Below are positions 16,412-22,586 of a stretch of DNA of 24,000 nt, piece by piece. Under the pieces are notes generated by a model, which ran no database searches, was not told the origin of the DNA, and was given only the letters and a program-made list of their open reading frames with translations. This DNA is from an uncultured delta proteobacterium (GTDB lineage Bacteria; Desulfobacterota; Desulfovibrionia; Desulfovibrionales; Desulfovibrionaceae): assembly GCA_903843965.1 (NCBI GenBank), contig CAIMRY010000025.1, forward strand, positions 44,622-68,621, in the 5' to 3' direction. The translations under genes were made by a program, and so were the position numbers. Within the stretch, counting starts at the first letter, position 1. Every line of letters starts with the position of its first letter.

Positions 16412-16957
16412 ATGCTCGCCAATGAAATGTTCGACCTGCGCAACACCCTGGACCAGCAGGGCATCACCTTCTGTTACTCCGGCTACATGACCGAGGCCAT
16501 ATTGTTTGGCATCGGCAACGCCATCAAGACCCACATGGAGATCGGCGACGCCGACGCCAAGCTGGCCAAGGGCGTCTTCGCCGTGTTCGTGGAGCAGGTG
16601 CAAAACGTCATCCGCTACTCCGCCGAGAAGGTCGGCAAGGAGGACGCCTCCGAGTTGCGCTACGGCATCCTGACCGTGGGCACCATGGGCGAAAAGCCCT
16701 TTGTGGCCTGCGGCAACATGATCGAGATCAAGGACGCCGACCGCCTGCGGGACTCGCTCACGCACATCAAGGGCCTGGACAGGGACGGCCTCAAGGCGCT
16801 GTGGAAAGAGACCCTGCGCGGGGAGGTCCCGGAAGGCAGCAAGGGCGCCGGCGTGGGCTTCATCGACATCGCCCGGCATGCACGCGGCGGCATCGATTTC
16901 GACTTCCGCACGGTTGACGATGCGTACGTCTTCTTCACTCTCAAAGCACTTCTATAG
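16412..16957 (+). CDS. SiaB-family protein kinase
   Basis: 181 aa. ...ITFCYSGYMTEAILFGIGNAIK..., VFVEQVQNVIRYS and the C-terminal SKGAGVGFIDIARHARGGIDFDF match my recollection of SiaB-family kinases. Start at ATG 16412 with GGAGGA 4 nt upstream. It is immediately followed by a DUF1987 gene, as in siaB-siaC. Confidence 0.85.
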   Translation: MLANEMFDLRNTLDQQGITFCYSGYMTEAILFGIGNAIKTHMEIGDADAKLAKGVFAVFVEQVQNVIRYSAEKVGKEDASELRYGILTVGTMGEKPFVACGNMIEIKDADRLRDSLTHIKGLDRDGLKALWKETLRGEVPEGSKGAGVGFIDIARHARGGIDFDFRTVDDAYVFFTLKALL

Positions 16958-16970
16958 CAGGGACACACCC

Positions 16971-17351
16971 ATGAACACACTCCACATGCCAGCCACCGAG
17001 CGCACCCCTGAACTCCTGTTCGATTTCGCGGCCAACACCTTTTCGCTCAAGGGCGAGTCCTATCCGGAAAACATCGCCGAGTTCTACAGCAGTCCCGTGG
17101 GCCAGCTCAAGGAGCACCTGACCGCCCAGAAGGGCCAGAAGATCACCTTCCAGTTCGAGCTGCCCTACTTCAACAGCTCCAGCGCCAAGATCATCCTTGG
17201 CCTGTTCTCCATGCTGGAGCAGGCGGCCGTGGACGGCAACAAGGTGCTCATCACCTGGACCTGCGAGGAAGGCGACGACATGCAGGAGATGGGCGAGGAG
17301 TTCGCCGAGGACCTCGACGCCGCCAAGTTCGAACTGAAGTTCCTGGGCTAG
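16971..17351 (+). CDS. SiaC-family DUF1987 partner-switching protein
   Basis: 126 aa. TPELLFDF...FSLKGESYPENIAEFYSSPV...FELPYFNSSSAKII...ITWTCEEGDDMQEMGEEFAEDL is the DUF1987 pattern. The Ser cluster in YFNSSS lies in the segment that I recall holding the SiaC phospho-threonine (T68) in Pseudomonas aeruginosa. Confidence 0.85.
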   Translation: MNTLHMPATERTPELLFDFAANTFSLKGESYPENIAEFYSSPVGQLKEHLTAQKGQKITFQFELPYFNSSSAKIILGLFSMLEQAAVDGNKVLITWTCEEGDDMQEMGEEFAEDLDAAKFELKFLG

Positions 17352-17353
17352 CC

Positions 17354-18394
17354 ATGGGCTACGAGCTGTTCAACGAGGAAGCAGAGATCGTCGAAAAGGG
17401 CGAGTTGCTCCTGGAGCAGGGCGCCTTTGCCGACCCCGAAGCGGCCGCGCGCTTTGCCGAGATGCTCAAGCACTACAAAAAGCTGCTGAAGAACCTCCAG
17501 CGGCTCATGCGCCTGTCCGACCGCAACGAAGAGAAGCTCAACGCCCTGGCCCACGCCATGGATGAGAAGAACAAGCTCCTGGAGGCGCTTTCGGCCAACC
17601 TGTCCAAGTACCTGTCCCCGCAGATCGTGCATTCGCTGCTGACCGGGGAAAAGGGCACAGAACTCATCACCCAGCGCAAGAAGCTCACCGTCTTCTTCAG
17701 CGACATCAAGGACTTCACCAAGACCACCGAGAACATGCAGCCCGAGGACCTCTCGTATCTGCTGAACAGCTATTTCACGGAGATGTCCAAGATCGCTCTG
17801 CATTATGGGGCCACCATCGACAAGTTCATCGGCGACGCCATGCTCATGTTCTTCGGCGACCCCGAGACCAAGGGCGTGAAAGAGGACGCCGAGGCCTGCG
17901 TGCGCATGGCCGTGGCCATGCAGCGCCGCATGAAGAAGCTGCAAAGCACCTGGCGCTTCCGCGGCTACCAGAACCCGTTCCACATGCGCATCGGCATCAA
18001 TACCGGGTACTGCAACGTGGGCAACTTCGGCAGCGAAGACCGCATGGATTACACCATCATCGGCGGCGAGGTGAACCTGGCCGCGCGCCTGGAGGTCCAA
18101 GCCGAGCCCGACGGCATCCTCATCTCCTCGGACACCTTCTCCCTGGTGCAGGACATCGTGGAGGCCGAAGAACGCCCAAAGCTGACAGCCAAGGGCATTG
18201 AGCGCGAAATCATCCCCTACGCCATCACCAACATCTACGATGAGGAGCTGGGCTGTCCGGACCTCATCCGCTCGGAATTCAAGGGGCTGCGCATCATCGC
18301 GGACCTGGAGAAGGTCTGCGCCGCAGACAAGGGAGCCATCATCGAAACCATGGAGCAGCTTCTCGCGCGGTTGCGCGAGGAGCCTGCAGGCTGA
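17354..18394 (+). CDS. class III nucleotidyl cyclase, predicted adenylate cyclase, with N-terminal helical stalk
   Basis: 346 aa. The helical N-terminus of about 105 aa ends in LSKYLSPQIVHSLL. The CYCc domain has metal-binding Asp residues (FFSDIKDF, FIGDAM), substrate-specifying Lys (DKFIGD) and Asp (RMDYTIIG), and transition-state Asn/Arg (EVNLAARLE). Confidence 0.9.
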   Translation: MGYELFNEEAEIVEKGELLLEQGAFADPEAAARFAEMLKHYKKLLKNLQRLMRLSDRNEEKLNALAHAMDEKNKLLEALSANLSKYLSPQIVHSLLTGEKGTELITQRKKLTVFFSDIKDFTKTTENMQPEDLSYLLNSYFTEMSKIALHYGATIDKFIGDAMLMFFGDPETKGVKEDAEACVRMAVAMQRRMKKLQSTWRFRGYQNPFHMRIGINTGYCNVGNFGSEDRMDYTIIGGEVNLAARLEVQAEPDGILISSDTFSLVQDIVEAEERPKLTAKGIEREIIPYAITNIYDEELGCPDLIRSEFKGLRIIADLEKVCAADKGAIIETMEQLLARLREEPAG

Positions 18395-18419
18395 TCCGCA
18401 GGGCGAACAGGGGGTGCGC

Positions 18420-18827
18420 GTGGAGACGATCATCTGGACAGAAGCGCTCAGCGTAGGCGTGGAGCGCATCGACAGGGAGCATCAGACCCTGGTGGTCATG
18501 CTGAACGACCTGGGCCAGGTCATTGGCTCCGGACAGGGGCAGCAGTCCGTGGCGCAGGTCGTGTGCCGGATGCGTCAGTATGCCCAGGAGCATTTCGCAA
18601 CCGAGGAGGAGGCCATGACCGCCACCCGGTATTCTGGGCGCACCAGCCACATGGCCGAGCACGACGCCTTCATCGAAAAGGTCCTGGAAGTTGAGGACGC
18701 CTTGAGCCAGGGCGAGCCGGTTGCCGCTGGGGACATCTGGAAATACCTCCGGCTCTGGCTCACTGAGCATATCCAGGGCCCGGACAAGGTGCTCGGCGAG
18801 CATCTCTGCGCCTGTGGCAAGGGATAA
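18420..18827 (+). CDS. bacteriohemerythrin (paralogue 1)
   Basis: 135 aa from GTG 18420 (METIIWTEALSVGVERIDREH...). Full di-iron ligand pattern: IDREH, EHFATEE, HMAEHDAF, WLTEHIQGPD. It starts 25 nt after the cyclase stop. The start could instead be GTG 18414. Confidence 0.85.
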   Translation: METIIWTEALSVGVERIDREHQTLVVMLNDLGQVIGSGQGQQSVAQVVCRMRQYAQEHFATEEEAMTATRYSGRTSHMAEHDAFIEKVLEVEDALSQGEPVAAGDIWKYLRLWLTEHIQGPDKVLGEHLCACGKG

Positions 18828-18877
18828 GTAACCGACCGCGCCTGGTTGGTTGAATGGAATCGACAACGGGGGGGGAC

Positions 18878-19285
18878 ATGGAAACAGTTTTGTGGGCTTC
18901 TGAATTGGAGATTGGTGTCAAGAGCATTGACGAGCAGCACAGGCGCCTGGTGGGCATGTTGAACACCCTGGGCAAGGCCATTGGCGAGAACCACGGCAAG
19001 GACGCCATCATGGGCATCGTGGAGGAGATGAAGCACTACGCGGTGTATCATTTCAAGACCGAAGAAGAGGCCATGGAGGCCAAGGACTACCAAAAACGTT
19101 CTCAGCACAAGCAGGAGCACGACGCCTTCATCGAACAGGTGCTCGACGCGGCCGAGGCCCTGGAGTCCGGGGGCAATATCACCCCAGAGCAAGTCTGGGC
19201 TTTCCTGTACAAATGGCTTGTGGAGCACATCCTGGAGTCGGACAAGGCCATGGGCACTCACCTGGTCGCCCAGGGAATGCAGTAG
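18878..19285 (+). CDS. bacteriohemerythrin (paralogue 2)
   Basis: 135 aa from ATG 18878 (METVLWASELEIGVKSIDEQH...). Ligand pattern IDEQH, YHFKTEE, HKQEHDAF, WLVEHILESD. Colinear with paralogue 1 and the same length. Confidence 0.85.
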   Translation: METVLWASELEIGVKSIDEQHRRLVGMLNTLGKAIGENHGKDAIMGIVEEMKHYAVYHFKTEEEAMEAKDYQKRSQHKQEHDAFIEQVLDAAEALESGGNITPEQVWAFLYKWLVEHILESDKAMGTHLVAQGMQ

Positions 19286-19684
19286 GTCGATCCGGTTCCG
19301 CAGTCTGCTCATCCTCTGGCGGGGCAGGCGCGGCGGATTCAGTTTTTCGAAAGCGCTGCCTGAGTTCTTGGCGAGCAGCAAGCACGCCTGGGCAAATTGC
19401 TGCCCCCCTCCCTCTTTTGCGCTGCAAGTCCGCACTAGGCATGTCCCAAAAACATATTCTACTGTCAAAGCCAGGGTGAAAGTGTACCGGCAGGGCCGAG
19501 TTATAGTGTACCGCCTTGGGGCAATGGATAAAGGCATGCTGCACGCTTGGCCATGTTGGTGGGCAGCGGCGCCCACCGCGACAATAATGGAGGCTACCAT
19601 GTCCTTGCCATCTTCTGTCTACTTCAGGCCGAAGGCTGCCGCCATGCTCGCGGGCTGGCCCAAGGCAGGGAGGGCACGCGCGCT

Positions 19685-19921
19685 ATGACTACCCGCGCAC
19701 TCCCGTCCGGTCCGGGCGGGTCCACAGAAGCCCCTGAAGTCGAAGTCCTTCACGTAACCACCGCCCCTCGTCCCACCCTCCGCCTACACCTCTGGCTTGA
19801 AAACAAGGGCGAGCTGTTCTTCGGCATTGGCCGGGCGCGCCGCCGCAGGGCGGGACCGGCGGCCAAGGCGCCCGTGGACAGAAAGCGCATTGTCAAAACC
19901 GCGTCTCTTGAGTATGCATGA
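19685..19921 (+). pseudogene. possible remnant of a ModE-like winged-helix regulator (N-terminal fragment only)
   Basis: The ORF contains ...LRLHLWLENKGELFFGIGRA..., which resembles the N-terminal strand-turn of ModE-like/LysR-type wHTH proteins. The expected ...LL..I...GS...AA..LGMSYR.AW helix-turn-helix does not follow in any frame, and the ORF stops 27 codons later. Confidence 0.3.
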
Positions 19922-19966
19922 ATGAGCCAGGGATACCGTCCTGCACACCAAAGCCCAGCGAGGACC

Positions 19967-20413
19967 ATGAAACTCTCCGCCAAGGCGCGCTACGCCGTGC
20001 GCATCCTGCTTGATCTTGCCCGGCACCTGGACGAGGGCCCGGTGCGCACCACGGATATTTCCGGCCGCACCGGCGTGTCCGCACGCTTCATCGAGCAGAT
20101 CCTGAAGCCCCTGAAAAAGGCCGCCCTGGTGACCAGTACGCGCGGCGCCACCGGCGGCTACACCCTTGTCGTCCGGCCCGAGGACATCAGCCTGGCGCGC
20201 GTCATCCGCATCATCGAGGGCAGCCTGTGCCTCACGCAATGCTGCGAAAACCCCTCGGTGTGCTCCCGCTCCTCGCATTGCCGCAGCCACCGGGCCTGGG
20301 TGCGCGTCTCCCAGGTCCTGGATGCCGAGCTGGAAAGCATCAGCATCAAGGACCTCCAGGACGACACGCTGTCCTGCACCGGCCCTGACTGCGCCTGCTG
20401 CCCCACGCCCTAG
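19967..20413 (+). CDS. Rrf2-family transcriptional regulator with Cx5Cx5C cluster motif
   Basis: MKLSAKARYAVRILLDLAR...VRTTDISGRTGVSARFIEQILKPLKKAALVTSTRGATGGYTL is an Rrf2 wHTH. Cys motif QCCENPSVCSRSSHC, plus a Cys-rich tail SCTGPDCACCPTP. Start at ATG 19967 (GAGGA upstream). Confidence 0.9.
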   Translation: MKLSAKARYAVRILLDLARHLDEGPVRTTDISGRTGVSARFIEQILKPLKKAALVTSTRGATGGYTLVVRPEDISLARVIRIIEGSLCLTQCCENPSVCSRSSHCRSHRAWVRVSQVLDAELESISIKDLQDDTLSCTGPDCACCPTP

Positions 20414-20561
20414 CCCCGCCCCGCCCCGCTTCGCAAGCGCCCCGCGCCGCCCAATCCCGCTGCCGCGCGGGAGCATTCCCATTCCCCCAGGCCTTGAGGG
20501 ATTGCCCAACCACATGTTTTAGAACGTAAAAAATATTTTGTGCTTTTATTCACGAATACCC

Positions 20562-20590
20562 TTGACTGCGTAGGCCTATTCTTTTAATTC
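20562..20590 (+). promoter_or_regulatory. candidate sigma70-type promoter in an AT-rich island upstream of the second Rrf2 gene
   Basis: TTGACT (20562-20567), then a 16-17 nt spacer, then TTAATT/TAATTC (20584-20590). It lies within the most AT-rich stretch I saw in the window (about 20515-20640). Identified by motif only. Confidence 0.35.
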
Positions 20591-20699
20591 CGAGTCATAT
20601 GATCCTGATTGAATTCATCGCGTTTAGATTTATCGCTATTGACCAGGTACGAGTTGCGCGGATTTCGACCAGACTGGACCGACAAACAACGGGACAGAC

Positions 20700-21290
20700 A
20701 TGAAGCCAACCTCCAAAACCTGCCACGCCGTCAGAATCCTGCTGGAGCTTGCGCACCACGGGGACGCCCACCCCATGCGCGCCTCGGAGCTCTCCGTCAT
20801 CATCGGCATCTCAACCAAGCTCATGGAGAAGATCGTCCGCCCCCTCAAGGTCGCGGGCATGCTCAAGAGCCTGCGCGGGGCCAGCGGCGGCTACGTCCTC
20901 GACCGCGACCCCAAGGCCATCACCCTGGCCGACATCCTGACCGCCATGGAAGGCGCGGTGTTCAAGCCGCAGTGCTGCGAGGCCGACAGCGAGTGCCGGC
21001 TCCTCGACAGCTGTCCCACCGGCGCCATCTGGAGCGACATCGCCCTGCAGATGGAACAGCGCTTCCGCGCCATCACCCTGGCCGAGCTCATGACCGACGC
21101 GCGCGAGGACTGCCCCTCGCGCGCGGCCCGTGCGGCCCACGCCTCCAGATCCGCTGACGAACCCGACGGCACAAAGCCCTGGACCGACGCATGCGCTGGC
21201 CCGGGCAGAAGCAGAATCTCCCGCAGGAGGAAACCAGGGGCCGGACAAACCGCCCCGCGCATGCCGGGGCGCCCGCGCCCTGCTCGATGA
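20700..21290 (+). CDS. Rrf2-family transcriptional regulator with Cx5Cx5C motif and a long basic C-terminal tail
   Basis: MKPTSKTCHAVRILLELAHHGD...MRASELSVIIGISTKLMEKIVRPLKVAGMLKSLRGASGGYVL is an Rrf2 wHTH. Cys motif QCCEADSECRLLDSC. The last ~55 aa are an Arg/Pro/Ala-rich, low-complexity tail. Confidence 0.85.
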   Translation: MKPTSKTCHAVRILLELAHHGDAHPMRASELSVIIGISTKLMEKIVRPLKVAGMLKSLRGASGGYVLDRDPKAITLADILTAMEGAVFKPQCCEADSECRLLDSCPTGAIWSDIALQMEQRFRAITLAELMTDAREDCPSRAARAAHASRSADEPDGTKPWTDACAGPGRSRISRRRKPGAGQTAPRMPGRPRPAR

Positions 21291-21331
21291 TGGCCGGCTA
21301 GAATTCCACACACCACAAAAAGGGGAAGATC

Positions 21332-22570
21332 ATGAAAAAATTGCTCATTCTCGGGTCCGGAGCAGGTGGCACCATCGTGGCCGCAAAAATGGCCAAGTCA
21401 CTTGGCGAGGACTGGCAGATCACGGTCATCGACCGCGATTGGAAGCACCACTACCAGGCCGGGTGGCTCTTCGTCCCCTTCGGCGTGTACTCCATGGCCG
21501 ACTGCGTGAAGCCCAAAACCGACTTCATCCCCGAGGGCGTCAGCTTCGTGCAGGACACCATCGTGAACATCAACCCCGAGAAGAAGCGGGTCAAGACCGA
21601 GAAGGGCCAGTACGACTACGACTGGCTGGTCATCGGCACCGGCTGCCGCATCATGCCCGACGAGATCGAGGGCATGATGGACGACTGGGGCGGCAACATC
21701 CACAACTTCTACACCCCGGATGGAGCCCAGAACCTCTACAAGAAGCTCAAGTACTACAAGAAGGGCAAGGTGGTCCTGAACATCGCCGAAATGCCCATCA
21801 AGTGCCCGGTGGCCCCGCTGGAGTTCGTGTACCTGCTCGACTGGTTCTTCACCGTCAACGGCGTGCGCAAGAACATTGAGATCGAGCTGGTGACCCCGCT
21901 CACCGGCGCCTTCACCAAGCCCGTGGCGGCCAGCATTCTGGGCCGGATCTGCGAGCAGAAGAACATCGCCATCACGCCCAACTTTGAGATCGCGGGCGTC
22001 AATGTGGGCGAGAAGACCATCGAGAGCGTCAAGGGCGACAAGGTCAACTACGACCTGCTCGTGGCCATCCCGCCCAATTTCGGCTCCCAGATCATCATCG
22101 ACTCCGAGCTCGGCGACGCCATGGGCTATGTGGACACCGACAAGCATACGCTGAAGGCCAAAAACATCCCCAACTGCTACGTCATCGGCGACGCCACCAA
22201 CTGCCCCACCTCCAAGGCCGGCAGCGTGGCCCACTACCAGGCCGACATCGTCTGCGACAACCTCCTGCGCGAGATCGACGGCGAGGACCCCCGGCCCGAG
22301 TTTGACGGCCACTCCACCTGCTTCATCGTCTCCGGCTACGAGCAGGCCTTTTTGATCGACTTCAACTACTCTGTGGAGCCGCTGGAGGGCAAATACCCCT
22401 TCCCCGGCCTGGGCCCCTTCTCGCTCCTGGGCGAAAGCCACTTCAACTACTGGGGCAAGATGATGTTCAAGTGGGTCTACTTCAATCTGATGCTCAAGGG
22501 CCACGAACTGCCGCTGGAGTCCCAGATGTTCATGGCCGGGAAGATGCGCCACCACCTGGCTGGCGCCTAG
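21332..22570 (+). CDS. sulfide:quinone oxidoreductase-family FAD-dependent oxidoreductase
   Basis: 412 aa. N-terminal Rossmann motif KKLLILGSGAGGTIVA, then ...WLVIGTGC..., MPIKCPVAPLEF, VIGDATNCPTSKAGSVAHYQA and GHSTCFIVSGY. AAGGGGAAG Shine-Dalgarno upstream. Confidence 0.85.
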   Translation: MKKLLILGSGAGGTIVAAKMAKSLGEDWQITVIDRDWKHHYQAGWLFVPFGVYSMADCVKPKTDFIPEGVSFVQDTIVNINPEKKRVKTEKGQYDYDWLVIGTGCRIMPDEIEGMMDDWGGNIHNFYTPDGAQNLYKKLKYYKKGKVVLNIAEMPIKCPVAPLEFVYLLDWFFTVNGVRKNIEIELVTPLTGAFTKPVAASILGRICEQKNIAITPNFEIAGVNVGEKTIESVKGDKVNYDLLVAIPPNFGSQIIIDSELGDAMGYVDTDKHTLKAKNIPNCYVIGDATNCPTSKAGSVAHYQADIVCDNLLREIDGEDPRPEFDGHSTCFIVSGYEQAFLIDFNYSVEPLEGKYPFPGLGPFSLLGESHFNYWGKMMFKWVYFNLMLKGHELPLESQMFMAGKMRHHLAGA

Positions 22571-22586
22571 GACGCGGGGGGGCACC

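Noticed and set aside
13927-16467. 846-aa minus-strand ORF spanning the PAS-PAS-PP2C gene
   Set aside because: It lies antisense to a gene with clear PAS and SpoIIE motifs. Its product is an Ala/Gly/Leu/Val/Asp/His-rich low-complexity sequence with no recognisable domain. This is the typical stop-codon-poor shadow ORF of a high-GC gene.
16128-16490. 120-aa ORF filling the 304-bp gap
   Set aside because: It overlaps the well-supported SiaB start in another frame, has no Shine-Dalgarno sequence, and gives a Ser/Arg/Pro/Gly-rich product with no motifs. The region is better explained as regulatory DNA.
17348-18469. 373-aa minus-strand ORF opposite the adenylate cyclase, plus 21398-22813(-), 22530-23336(-), 18575-19600(-), 12998-13963(-) and 19784-20515(-)
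   Set aside because: All are antisense to ORFs with strong family motifs or span intergenic DNA, and all show shadow-ORF composition.
10913-19966. Genomic island integrated at tRNA-Asn and carrying the signalling cluster
   Set aside because: I recognised no integrase, excisionase or transposase, and by eye no direct repeat of the tRNA 3' end. I saw no obvious GC shift across the cluster genes. It is kept only as a low-interest boundary observation.
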